NCBI GenBank assembly: GCA_937921235.1
Contig: CALFOQ010000028.1
Coordinates: forward strand, 21,849 to 85,848
Direction of reading: 5' to 3'
Origin: an uncultured Atopobium sp.
Lineage (GTDB): Bacteria; Actinomycetota; Coriobacteriia; Coriobacteriales; Atopobiaceae
DNA length: 64,000 nt
The position numbers and the translations under genes are program-made. This document shows positions 45,635 through 55,044 of the stretch, piece after piece. Position 1 is the stretch's first letter; the number at the start of each line of letters is the position of its first letter. The notes under the pieces are model-generated. The model had not been told where the DNA came from. It saw only the letters and a program-made list of their open reading frames with translations, and ran no database searches.

Positions 45635-48127
45635 ATGCCCTCTAAACGCACCTCAAACGCAGCAAAAAGAAATTCTAGAAACGCCGCTTCTGCCCAGGCA
45701 GTAGGCTTGAGCCCACTGCAGAACGATATCATTGGTGTTGTTCTTGCAGTGGTTGCAATTGCTCTGTTTTTGTCCATTATTGTCCCTTCTAACGCTGTTA
45801 TTACCAGCGCAATGGGTCATGGGCTCAAGCTCTGTTTTGGTACGGGAGCGCTACTTTTTCCCATTGCAGTATTTGTCTTTGCTATGACCTTCTTTATGCG
45901 TGATGATCAGGGAATCTCTACGCGTATTGCTATTGGTCTAACGCTGGACGTTCTTGCTGCCCTTGCTCTTATTTCACTTAACTTCCCAGGTGCCGAGGCT
46001 GCTCCAGATATGCTTCTGGGCACAAAAGTCCTAGAGGCTGCCGGCGGTTATGTGGGCGGCGGTATTGCTTGGGTTTTGCTGCGCTTTGTTGGCCGCGTGG
46101 TGGGTAATGTCCTTTTGGTTGGCTTTATTATTGCCGGTGTTGTTATCTGCGGTTTCTCCATTTCTGACATGGTTGAGCGCGTAAGCTTCCGCCTGGATGA
46201 AGCGCGCGAGAATCATCGCTACCGTAAAGAAGAACGTGCTCTTGCAAAAGAAGAGGCACTTTACGCTGCAAATGCTCCACAGCCTGCAAAGAAGCAGGGT
46301 AGACGTGGCGCAAACAACCAGTCTTCTCTCTTTGACGAGACCGGTGAAGGGGAGACCACATATCTGGGCAATCGCAAGACTTCTGTCATTAAGCGTGACG
46401 CCCGTCTTTATGAGGAAGAAGAGGCGCAAGAAGACGCAGGAGATGCTCCTACTACGCTCCTTGATAAGGCTAAGAATAAGCTGCGATTTAAGAAGAAAGA
46501 CCAGCCAGATGATGCAGTTGTCGAGAAAAACGATGTTTCTGTAGCTGATGTTGCTCCTACAACAAAACAGGCTAAACCTAAGAGCAAAGCTAAAACGACA
46601 CCCGATTTTCTCGCCACACCTGACCAGCTCAAAAGGCCAGGTGACGACGATGAGTCGTATGAGCTGCCACCATTTACCATTCTGAAGACAAACAAGAACT
46701 CGGCCACTTCTGCCGTAAGCGATGATGAGCTTGAAGCTACAGCTCAGAGACTCCAGGCTACGCTTGAGGAGTTTGGCCTTTCCAGCCAGGTGGTTGGTTG
46801 GACTGCAGGTCCTTCTGTTACTACGTTTAAGATTTCGATGGGCGAGGGTGAGCGCGTCAACAAGATCACCAATCTTGAGGACGATATTGCGCTTTCACTT
46901 GCGGCAAAGTCTGTTCGTATTTTTGCACCAATTCCGGGAACTTCTCTAGTTGGTATTGAGATTCCTAACGAGAAAGCCCAGGCAGTCAACTTGGCTGACG
47001 TTCTTCCGTTTGCAAAGGGCGGTCCTCTTGAGTGTGCCTTTGGTCGCGATTCTGAGGGCAAGCCAATTGTTGTTGACCTTGCAAGTCTTCCTCACTTGCT
47101 GGTAGCAGGTACTACCGGTTCTGGTAAGTCCGTCCTGCTCAACGCTATTGTTATGTCTATGCTCATGCGCGCAACTCCTGAGCAGGTCCGCCTTATCATG
47201 GTTGACCCAAAGCGCGTTGAGTTTACGGGTTACGCTGGTCTTCCTCACCTGTATGTTCCAGTTGTTACCGAGCCAAGGCAGGCCGCAAGTGCGCTTCAGT
47301 GGGGCGTCACCGAGATGGAGCGTCGCCTTAAGGTGTTTGAGCACTACAAAGTGCGTGACATTAAGACGTACAACAGAAATGTTGATGGCGATAAGTACGC
47401 TGATATGGAGAATCCTCCAAAGCACATGCCGTACTTTGTCATTGTCATCGACGAGCTTGCTGACCTTATGATGGTTGCGGGCAAAGACGTTGAGTCTTCC
47501 ATTGTCCGTATTGCTCAGCTTGGTCGTGCTGCAGGTATTCACCTGATCGTTGCAACGCAGCGTCCTTCTGCAGACGTCGTAACTGGTCTGATCCGTGCAA
47601 ACATTGATAACCGTGTTGCGCTCTCAGTTGATAACTCTTTGAACTCCCGCATTATTTTGGACCAAAAGGGCGCCGAGCAGCTGCTGGGTAAGGGTGACAT
47701 GCTGGTTAAACTTCGTGGTAAGAAGCCTAATCGCGCACAGGGTTGCTGGGTCTCTGACGAGGAGATCGAGGAGACCGTTAAGTACATCCGCACTCAGCGC
47801 GTGGCCGAATATCACGACAACATCTTGACCGTTGCAACTCCAACACAGGCCGAAGGCGCTGGTGGAGTTGGTGGCATGGCGCAGGCAGACGACCCACTTA
47901 TTTGGGAAGCTGCACGCATTATTGTGGATTCTCAGCTAGGTTCTACATCTAGTTTGCAAAGAGCACTCTCTGTTGGGTATGCTCGTGCTGGTAGAATTAT
48001 GGATATGCTTGAGGCAAAAGGTGTTGTTGGCCCAGCTAACGGATCAAAGCCTCGAGAAGTTCTTATCGATAAAGATGCTCTTGAAGAGCTCAAAGTTCAA
48101 GACGCTGCCTATAGGGAGGTAGAGTAA
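45635..48127 (+). CDS. ftsK: DNA translocase FtsK
   Basis: N-terminal TM segments, a low-complexity linker, a motor domain (GTTGSGKS…VIVIDELADLM…ATQRPS) and a C-terminal gamma winged helix (…LQRALSVGYARAGRIMDMLE…). Start ATG 45635 is preceded by GGAGG; the track ORF starts at 45575 inside rnj. Confidence 0.95.
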   Translation: MPSKRTSNAAKRNSRNAASAQAVGLSPLQNDIIGVVLAVVAIALFLSIIVPSNAVITSAMGHGLKLCFGTGALLFPIAVFVFAMTFFMRDDQGISTRIAIGLTLDVLAALALISLNFPGAEAAPDMLLGTKVLEAAGGYVGGGIAWVLLRFVGRVVGNVLLVGFIIAGVVICGFSISDMVERVSFRLDEARENHRYRKEERALAKEEALYAANAPQPAKKQGRRGANNQSSLFDETGEGETTYLGNRKTSVIKRDARLYEEEEAQEDAGDAPTTLLDKAKNKLRFKKKDQPDDAVVEKNDVSVADVAPTTKQAKPKSKAKTTPDFLATPDQLKRPGDDDESYELPPFTILKTNKNSATSAVSDDELEATAQRLQATLEEFGLSSQVVGWTAGPSVTTFKISMGEGERVNKITNLEDDIALSLAAKSVRIFAPIPGTSLVGIEIPNEKAQAVNLADVLPFAKGGPLECAFGRDSEGKPIVVDLASLPHLLVAGTTGSGKSVLLNAIVMSMLMRATPEQVRLIMVDPKRVEFTGYAGLPHLYVPVVTEPRQAASALQWGVTEMERRLKVFEHYKVRDIKTYNRNVDGDKYADMENPPKHMPYFVIVIDELADLMMVAGKDVESSIVRIAQLGRAAGIHLIVATQRPSADVVTGLIRANIDNRVALSVDNSLNSRIILDQKGAEQLLGKGDMLVKLRGKKPNRAQGCWVSDEEIEETVKYIRTQRVAEYHDNILTVATPTQAEGAGGVGGMAQADDPLIWEAARIIVDSQLGSTSSLQRALSVGYARAGRIMDMLEAKGVVGPANGSKPREVLIDKDALEELKVQDAAYREVE

Positions 48128-48129
48128 GC

Positions 48130-49638
48130 ATGCCACGCCCTCGTTTTAGTGAGATGCTCGTAGAACGTAGACGTCAGCTCGGGCTTTCTATCACTCAAGC
48201 ATCAAAGATTCTTCGCCTCAAGGAGCAGGCACTTATTGCTTTTGAGGAAGGCGATTTTACGAATATGCCTCAGAGTGGTTATGCTCAGGGCATGCTTTCT
48301 TCGTATGCTCGCTACCTAGGACTTAATCCGCGTGAGATTGTAGACCTCTTCCAGGAGGAGAGCTACGAATTTGAAAACGGCACCTATTCTCATGAGTTGC
48401 GTCGCCGTACCCGCGATACTCAGTCTGGTCGTGGCATTGCTGGTTATGACGTCGTAAACGAGTCCGGTAGCAGGCCAAAGGCATACGTACAGTACCACGG
48501 TCTTCTCCCCACATCGGGAGGACCAGCTGGCGATATGGGTGCGTTTGCAACTACGTCTGGTGTTCGCTCCAGACAAACTGGCGTGCCTCTGGGCGCTCAG
48601 GCATCTGAGGAGGATGCTGGCGGCTACTCGTATTCTCGCTACGCCACAGGTCATGCCTACAATGCCGGTATTGAGGAAGCATCCCGTCAAAAAACTATGG
48701 CAAGTCGTACACGTGGTGGCGTTCAGCGTAGACGTGTAGGTATTGCGGGCGTTAGCATGCCAGCTTACAAAGACGATGTAACCAGAAGAACTGTTGCTCC
48801 AAGCGATTACACCGATGACCTTCGTTATGACAATGTAACTGCTTCTTACGAGCGCGCATCAACCATTTCTGGCCGTCGTGGATCAAGAAATATTGCGCAG
48901 GTAGATAGGCCTAATGTCCGCCGTCGCCAGCCATCTGGCGCTGCTGCTCAACAACGTCGTGCTCCTCAAAGACCAGGCGTTATGGGAGCACTTCAGAATT
49001 ACTTCTCTGACACAGGACGCACTATTGCCACTGTGTTTGCTCTTGTTGTTGTGATTATTACTGCCGTTTTGCTGTTCAGCGTTCGTTCCTGCATGACAGC
49101 TCGTACTACGCCTACTACAACAAAGACAGTAAGCGTTAATAATTCAACAACTGATTCTTCAAAGAATTCCACTACTACAAATAGCAACACGGACACTTCT
49201 AAGAAGGATTCAACTGATGCTTCTAAGAGCACCACTACAACTGAGCCAAAGAAGGAAGAGACTCCTAAGCAGACTACCGTAGTGGTTACTGTTGCAGATG
49301 GTCAGACCAGTTGGGTTGAGATTACTGTTGATGGTAAGAGTGTTGAGGCTGATGCAATCACTGGTCCTTGGTCTCAGACATACACCGTCACTGATTCCAT
49401 GAACGTTCTTGCAGGCACTCCTGGCGCCGTCGCTGTAACTGTTAACGGTACTGCTAAGCCATTTGACGCAAATGCTTCAGGTATTGGCACCTTGACCATT
49501 CAGGGCACTAAGCCTGCTGACAGTACTGCAGCAAATGCTTCTGGAACTCAAACAAACAGCACGTCAACAAGTACTACTGGTGGAACTTCTGGCACCACTA
49601 ACAACCAGAATTCCAACAGCAATTCAAACAATAACTAA
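48130..49638 (+). CDS. RodZ-like HTH membrane protein with C-terminal DUF4115-like domain
   Basis: N-terminal Xre-type HTH (LGLSITQASKILRLKEQALIAFEEGDF), one TM segment (IATVFALVVVIITAVLLF), an S/T/N-rich linker, and a beta-rich C-domain (VVVTVADGQTSWVEITVDGK…). Confidence 0.75.
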   Translation: MPRPRFSEMLVERRRQLGLSITQASKILRLKEQALIAFEEGDFTNMPQSGYAQGMLSSYARYLGLNPREIVDLFQEESYEFENGTYSHELRRRTRDTQSGRGIAGYDVVNESGSRPKAYVQYHGLLPTSGGPAGDMGAFATTSGVRSRQTGVPLGAQASEEDAGGYSYSRYATGHAYNAGIEEASRQKTMASRTRGGVQRRRVGIAGVSMPAYKDDVTRRTVAPSDYTDDLRYDNVTASYERASTISGRRGSRNIAQVDRPNVRRRQPSGAAAQQRRAPQRPGVMGALQNYFSDTGRTIATVFALVVVIITAVLLFSVRSCMTARTTPTTTKTVSVNNSTTDSSKNSTTTNSNTDTSKKDSTDASKSTTTTEPKKEETPKQTTVVVTVADGQTSWVEITVDGKSVEADAITGPWSQTYTVTDSMNVLAGTPGAVAVTVNGTAKPFDANASGIGTLTIQGTKPADSTAANASGTQTNSTSTSTTGGTSGTTNNQNSNSNSNNN

Positions 49639-49686
49639 ACGCCATGGGGCGAGAAGTTCTTCTCGCTCAGGTAATACGGAGGGGAA

Positions 49687-50184
49687 ATGGCTAAAGAATC
49701 AAGCTTTGACGTTGTGTCTGAAGTAGACATGATGGAAGTTGATAATGCATTTCAGCAGGCAGCTCGTGAGCTAACTCAGCGCTACGATCTTAAAGATTCT
49801 GGTGCAACACTTGAGCTCTCTAAAAAAGAGGGTAAGTTCACTATTGAGGCTCCTGCAGATTTTGTTGCATCTCAGGTGAGGGATGTTCTTGGCTCCAAGC
49901 TGGTAAAGCGCGGAATTGATCTTACTGCTATTCGTTGGGGAGATCCCATTCCTGCAGCAGGCTCTACCGTGCGTCAGATTGGCTCAATTGTTTCTGGAAT
50001 TGACCAGGAGACTGCCAAGAAGATCGCTAAAGATATTCGTGATATGAAAGTTAAGGCTAAGGCAATCGTTGAGGGCGATAAGCTGCGTGTTTCTAGCGCT
50101 TCTCGCGATGTTCTTCAGTCTGTGATTGCAAGCCTTAAGGAGAAAGACTATGGCCAGCCCCTCCAGTTCAACAACTATCGATAG
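49687..50184 (+). CDS. yajQ: YajQ family nucleotide-binding protein
   Basis: …SSFDVVSEVDMMEVDNAFQQAARE…, 165 aa, UPF0234-like throughout. Confidence 0.85.
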   Translation: MAKESSFDVVSEVDMMEVDNAFQQAARELTQRYDLKDSGATLELSKKEGKFTIEAPADFVASQVRDVLGSKLVKRGIDLTAIRWGDPIPAAGSTVRQIGSIVSGIDQETAKKIAKDIRDMKVKAKAIVEGDKLRVSSASRDVLQSVIASLKEKDYGQPLQFNNYR

Positions 50185-51556
50185 GGGCTACAACGTCCTA
50201 TACATCACGTTAGGATGCGCTAAAAACGAGGTTGATACAGACCGCATGCGTGCGCGTCTTTTGGCCTCTGGTTTTGGTGAAGTTGCAGATCCAGACTCAG
50301 CAGACATTGCAATTATCAACACCTGTTCATTCTTGGCTTCAGCAACAGAGGAGTCTATTGAGACTACGCTTGAGATTGCTGAAGGCGCTTCCGAGGGAGT
50401 CCGTAAGCTGCCCATTATTATGTGTGGCTGCGTTCCTTCCAGATATGGTTCAGAGCTTAATGAGCAGCTTCCCGAAGTTGCTGCGTTTGTTCCGGCAGAT
50501 CAAGAAGATGGCATTGTCAGCGTTGTTGCAGACGTTCTGAATATCCCTGAGCCTACGCAGTCAATTGTTGCTGCCCATGGAATGCTGCGCACCATTGATG
50601 GTGCCAGTGCATTCGTAAAGATTTCCGAGGGCTGTGATAGATTCTGCGCTTTCTGCGCCATTCCGTACATTCGTGGTCACTATCACTCAAGGCCCGCTGA
50701 AGAGATTCTTCAAGAGGTACATGAGCTGATGGAAGGTGGTGTTCGTGAGGTCATTCTGATTGGCCAGGACACCGGTATCTGGGGCTCGGATATGCCTGAT
50801 ACAGCAGATGGCCAGACTCCAACGCTTGCTAAGCTTATGCAGCAGGTTGCTGAGGTAGTTCGTCCGTATAAGGGATGGATTCGCGTTTTGTATCTGCAGC
50901 CAGAAGGTATGACCGATGAGCTCATCAGCACTATTCGCGATACACCTGAGGTTCTGCCTTATATTGATATTCCAATTCAGCACTGCAACGAGCGCATTCT
51001 TAAGCGCATGGGTCGTTCTGGCTCTACACAGGAGCTTCGTGAGCTTTTTGATCGCCTCAGAACTGAGATTCCTGACATGGTTCTTCGAACTACGGGAATG
51101 TGTGGCTTCCCAGGCGAGACAGATGATGAATCAGACGAGCTCTTCGACTTTATTCAGGAGCAGGAGTTTGATTACACTTCCGTCTTTACCTATTCGCCAG
51201 AAGAGGGAACTCTGGGCGCAAAGATGTCTGATCAGGTTCCAGACGAGGTAAAAATTGAGCGTACTCAGCGCTTGCTTGACCTTGTAGAGCAGCTCGGTTT
51301 TGCAGCCACCGCTCGTCACGTTGGCGAGCGCTGCGAGGTCATTATCGACGGAATTGAAGAATCCGACGAAGGCACTGAGCTTATCGGCCACACGTGGTTC
51401 CAGGCTCCAGACTGTGATGGCGCTGTTCACATTGCAGAGGGAGAGGCCGCAGTCGGAGATATTGTCCTTTGTGACCTGGTAGATTCTTTCTGCTATGAAA
51501 TGATTGGCGAGATCGTAGACACTACAGACACACAGTCTGGCGAGAAAACCGTTTAG
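50150..51556 (+). CDS. rimO: ribosomal protein S12 methylthiotransferase RimO
   Basis: …ITLGCAKNEVDTD…INTCSF…, radical-SAM motif GCDRFCAFCAIPYIRG, and a C-terminal TRAM domain. ATG 50150 has AAGGAG 7 nt upstream. It overlaps yajQ by 35 nt. Confidence 0.88.
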   Translation: MASPSSSTTIDRGYNVLYITLGCAKNEVDTDRMRARLLASGFGEVADPDSADIAIINTCSFLASATEESIETTLEIAEGASEGVRKLPIIMCGCVPSRYGSELNEQLPEVAAFVPADQEDGIVSVVADVLNIPEPTQSIVAAHGMLRTIDGASAFVKISEGCDRFCAFCAIPYIRGHYHSRPAEEILQEVHELMEGGVREVILIGQDTGIWGSDMPDTADGQTPTLAKLMQQVAEVVRPYKGWIRVLYLQPEGMTDELISTIRDTPEVLPYIDIPIQHCNERILKRMGRSGSTQELRELFDRLRTEIPDMVLRTTGMCGFPGETDDESDELFDFIQEQEFDYTSVFTYSPEEGTLGAKMSDQVPDEVKIERTQRLLDLVEQLGFAATARHVGERCEVIIDGIEESDEGTELIGHTWFQAPDCDGAVHIAEGEAAVGDIVLCDLVDSFCYEMIGEIVDTTDTQSGEKTV

Positions 51557-51569
51557 TTGGGGATAGGTC

Positions 51570-52175
51570 ATGTCATCAAAGACAATTTGGACACCTGCAA
51601 ATATTGTTACCTGTGCTCGTGTGGTCTTAGTGCCCTTTTGGCTTCTCTTGGCGCAGCTTTTAGGTGTATCTCTGGCAGATTCTCTGACAACACCTGGTTT
51701 TAAACTTGGAGCTTTTCTTGTTTTTATCGGCTATGTCGTCATTTCTTTGACCGATAAGCTTGATGGTTACCTTGCTCGTAGTAGAAATGAAGTTACTACC
51801 TTTGGTAAGTTCTTAGATCCAATTGCCGATAAACTCGCTGTTGTTGTAGCTCTTTTTGTACTTCTAGAGTGGCATATGGTTTCTCCTTGGGTGCTCTTAG
51901 TAATTGTTGCACGTGAGTTTTTGGTATCGGGCCTTAGGATGGTTGTTGCTTCAAAGGGAGTTGTTATTGCAGCTTCTGACTTGGGTAAATGGAAGACTGC
52001 AACAACTATGGTTGCTATCTGCGGTTTACTCTTCTTGCCAAGTATTCCTGGTGGAATGATTCAGGATGTTTTGCTCTTTATCTTCAACGTATCTATGTGG
52101 GTTGCAGTAGTTCTAACGGCCTGGTCAGGAATTGACTACTTTGTAAAGTCTTGGCAATACATTGCTGAAGTTTAA
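51570..52175 (+). CDS. pgsA: CDP-diacylglycerol--glycerol-3-phosphate 3-phosphatidyltransferase
   Basis: CDP-alcohol phosphatidyltransferase motif DKLDGYLARSRNEVTTFGKFLDPIADKL. Confidence 0.9.
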   Translation: MSSKTIWTPANIVTCARVVLVPFWLLLAQLLGVSLADSLTTPGFKLGAFLVFIGYVVISLTDKLDGYLARSRNEVTTFGKFLDPIADKLAVVVALFVLLEWHMVSPWVLLVIVAREFLVSGLRMVVASKGVVIAASDLGKWKTATTMVAICGLLFLPSIPGGMIQDVLLFIFNVSMWVAVVLTAWSGIDYFVKSWQYIAEV

Positions 52176-52179
52176 CAAG

Positions 52180-52208
52180 ATGGCGTCTCTCTGAGGCGCC
52201 ATATTTGT
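52180..52208 (+). terminator. candidate terminator after pgsA
   Basis: ATGGCGTCTC / GAGGCGCCAT stem (one G-U pair) with loop TCT, and a weak T-tail ATTTGT. Confidence 0.4.
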
Positions 52209-52259
52209 ATAAGATAAGCTTATGTGCAGGTCAAACGGTTTTGTGCTTAATGAAAAGTT

Positions 52260-52766
52260 GTGATTCAAATGTTTTCATCTGAAGTTCTTTCAGAAGCTCA
52301 AAGTGTTATTTCAGATGCCCTTGCATCAGGTATTACCATAGCTTCTGCCGAGTCTTGTACGGGAGGACTTGTTGCAGGCGCTCTTACAGCCATCTCTGGA
52401 TCATCAAGTGTGCTTAAAGGCTCTGTTGTAAGCTATACCATTGAGATTAAGCAAAAGGTATTAGGCGTTTCAAAAGACATTTTTGATGAACCGTCCCTTG
52501 GCGCTGTTTCTGAGCCCTGCGCAGCTCAAATGGCTTCAGGCGTTAGAGACGTTATTGGATCAGATATTGCAGTTTCCGTTACAGGAATAGCTGGCCCAAC
52601 AGGAGAAGAGCCTGGTAAACCAGTTGGAACAGTTTGGTTTGGTATTGACAGCAAAAACTTTACCCATACGGTCTGCAAACATTTTTCTGGTAATAGGGAA
52701 CAGGTGCGAGAAGCTGCTGTTTTGCAGGCCTTACAATTAATTCATGAAGCTATTGTGAAGGCTTAA
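52260..52766 (+). CDS. CinA-family protein, C-terminal (PncC-type nicotinamide-nucleotide amidase) domain only
   Basis: …ASAESCTGGLVAGALT…VSVTGIAGP…. Conserved position upstream of recA. Start is GTG 52260 or ATG 52269. Confidence 0.85.
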   Translation: MIQMFSSEVLSEAQSVISDALASGITIASAESCTGGLVAGALTAISGSSSVLKGSVVSYTIEIKQKVLGVSKDIFDEPSLGAVSEPCAAQMASGVRDVIGSDIAVSVTGIAGPTGEEPGKPVGTVWFGIDSKNFTHTVCKHFSGNREQVREAAVLQALQLIHEAIVKA

Positions 52767-52940
52767 AACCCGATTTTAATAGGGAAACTCAAAACTAGTT
52801 TGTTTTGAGCTTCTTATTTTCTGCGACTATGCAGGACTTATACAGCCAAATTTGCAATTAAGAAGAAATAAGCTGTTCAAGAGCGGAAAAATAGAGGAAG
52901 GAATTCAGACAAATTCCCTCTATAGAGTATATGTTTGACG

Positions 52941-52969
52941 TTGACATAGAACGTCTGTTCTTATAATAT
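52941..52969 (+). promoter_or_regulatory. recA promoter with embedded SOS (Cheo-type) box
   Basis: TTGACA (52941-52946), -10 region TTATAATAT (52961-52969), and a perfect GAAC-GTCT-GTTC (52949-52960) in the spacer. Confidence 0.7.
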
Positions 52970-52998
52970 TCTAGTAACAAAAAGAGCAAGGAGTACCA

Positions 52999-54087
52999 AT
53001 GGCTAAAAAGTCCGTTTCAAAAGAGATTAAGGCTCGTACTACTGGTGATGAGAGAGATGAGGTTATCTCTTCAACTACCGCAGAAATCGAGAAAAAATTT
53101 GGCGCAGGCGCAATTATGCGTTTAGGCGAGGGTGGTCCTGCCTTTGATATTCAGGCTATTCCAACTGGCTCACTTGCTCTTGATGCCGCACTGGGTATTG
53201 GTGGTGTTCCTCGCGGTCGTATTGTAGAGATTTATGGTCCAGAGTCTTCTGGTAAGACAACTCTTTCCCTAGAAATTCTTGCAGAAGCTCAGGCATTGGG
53301 TGGCGTTGTAGCATTTATTGACGCAGAGCACGCACTGGACCCAGGCTATGCGGCTCGTATTGGTGTTGATATTGATGACGTTCTTATCTCTCAGCCAGAT
53401 ACTGGTGAGCAGGCTCTAGAGATCTGTGACATGCTTGTTCGCTCAGGCGCTATTGATGTTGTGGTTGTAGACTCCGTTGCTGCTCTTGTTCCTCGTGCAG
53501 AGATTGAGGGAGAAATCGGCGATTCTAGCGTTGGTCTTCAGGCTCGTCTTATGAGTCAGGCTCTCCGTAAATTAGCAGGCTCTCTTTCTAAATCTAATAC
53601 GCTCTGTATTTTCATTAACCAACTTAGAGAGAAGATTGGCGTTATGTTTGGTAGCCCAGAGACCACTTCTGGTGGTAGGGCTCTTAAGTTCTTCTCCACT
53701 GTACGCATGGATATTCGCCGCGTTGACAGCATTAAGGTTAATGGAGAAAACGTTGGTAACCGTGTTCGCGTTAAGGTTGTAAAGAACAAGGTTGCTCCAC
53801 CTTTTAAGGTTGCTGAGTTTGACATTATGTACGGTCAGGGCATCTCTAAAGAAGGCTCCATTCTTGATATGGCTGTTGACTTTGAGATTGTTAACAAGTC
53901 TGGTGCTTGGTTCACTTATGAGGGTGAGCGTCTTGGCCAGGGTAGAGAAGCTGCTAAAGCTTTCCTTACGGCTAATCCAGACCTTATGGAAGAGATTGAT
54001 CACAAAGTACGAGTTGCTTGTGGTCTTGTATTTGATGAAGATTCCGAAGTTGGTACTCCAGTTGCAACGGAAGATTCTGCTGAATAA
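52999..54087 (+). CDS. recA: recombinase RecA
   Basis: Walker [11 protein letters not shown], …IDAEHALD…, …VVVDSVAAL…, L2 region …[22 protein letters not shown]…. Confidence 0.98.
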   Translation: MAKKSVSKEIKARTTGDERDEVISSTTAEIEKKFGAGAIMRLGEGGPAFDIQAIPTGSLALDAALGIGGVPRGRIVEIYGPESSGKTTLSLEILAEAQALGGVVAFIDAEHALDPGYAARIGVDIDDVLISQPDTGEQALEICDMLVRSGAIDVVVVDSVAALVPRAEIEGEIGDSSVGLQARLMSQALRKLAGSLSKSNTLCIFINQLREKIGVMFGSPETTSGGRALKFFSTVRMDIRRVDSIKVNGENVGNRVRVKVVKNKVAPPFKVAEFDIMYGQGISKEGSILDMAVDFEIVNKSGAWFTYEGERLGQGREAAKAFLTANPDLMEEIDHKVRVACGLVFDEDSEVGTPVATEDSAE

Positions 54088-54761
54088 TGTCAGAGATTTC
54101 TTGGACAATTGAGCTTCCACAAAAGAAACAAGCAGTTCTTGGTCAAGCAAAGCCCAAGGCAAAGATTATTTTAGAAACTGAAGTTGGAGGAACAGAGGAA
54201 TTCTTTGTTCCTCCAACAGTAGCTCGAGCTCTTTTGAGTAAAGAGAAAGACGGTGTTTTTACCCCTTCTTCTCGAAATGAATTTTTGTATGAGGTTAAAG
54301 AGATTTCAACTCAGTGTATTAAAGCTCGCATTGAGGCGTTGATTGTAAAAAGGGACTACTCTACAGCTGAGCTCCAAAAAAAGCTCATGCTTGATGGCTA
54401 TCAGAAGAATGTAAGAGACCCTGCAGTGCAGAGGGCTGTTGAAGTTGGTTTGATTAATGACAGTCGTTTTGCAGACGTCTATATACGTTCTAAAATTTCA
54501 CAAGGCTGGGGTCCTCTTAAAATTAAAACTGAAATTTCTAAAAAAGGAATTGAAGTTGAGACACTCCCTGGATGGCCTGACGCTTATTTTTCTGACGTGG
54601 ATGAATTTGAAGTTGCGTATTCTTTGGCCCAGAGAAAACACCTATCGGGAAAAAATGATTATGAGAAGCTTGTCAGGTTTCTCGCCACAAAGGGATATTC
54701 ATTTTCTATAGCGTCATCTGTTGCTAAAAAGATTTTGGATGAAAACGCCACATCTGAATGA
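54087..54761 (+). CDS. recX: recombination regulator RecX
   Basis: Immediately follows recA with a TAATG overlap. Repeated three-helix RecX-type segments (…DSRFADVYIRSKISQGWGPLKIKTEISKKGI…). Confidence 0.8.
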   Translation: MSEISWTIELPQKKQAVLGQAKPKAKIILETEVGGTEEFFVPPTVARALLSKEKDGVFTPSSRNEFLYEVKEISTQCIKARIEALIVKRDYSTAELQKKLMLDGYQKNVRDPAVQRAVEVGLINDSRFADVYIRSKISQGWGPLKIKTEISKKGIEVETLPGWPDAYFSDVDEFEVAYSLAQRKHLSGKNDYEKLVRFLATKGYSFSIASSVAKKILDENATSE

Positions 54762-55044
54762 TTATATTTGCTTAGCTTATAAGTCTGTTGTATTGGTGTA
54801 CTTTACTTTTCCTACCTGCTATTTATTGACAAAAGTTACAATGCTCTATACGATAAATATGCCGTGAATAGGCTCATTTCCGCTGGGCAACCAGCGTCAC
54901 GTATACAGTAGGTATCTCATACATTTGATCTATCTCTGAATGTGGCATGACCAGCCAATGAATCCTGCTCATGGCGGGTTCTTTAGATACTGTTGTATCT
55001 AAAGTCTCCTGAACACTTTTGTAATCGCCATTTGAGGAGTAGGT

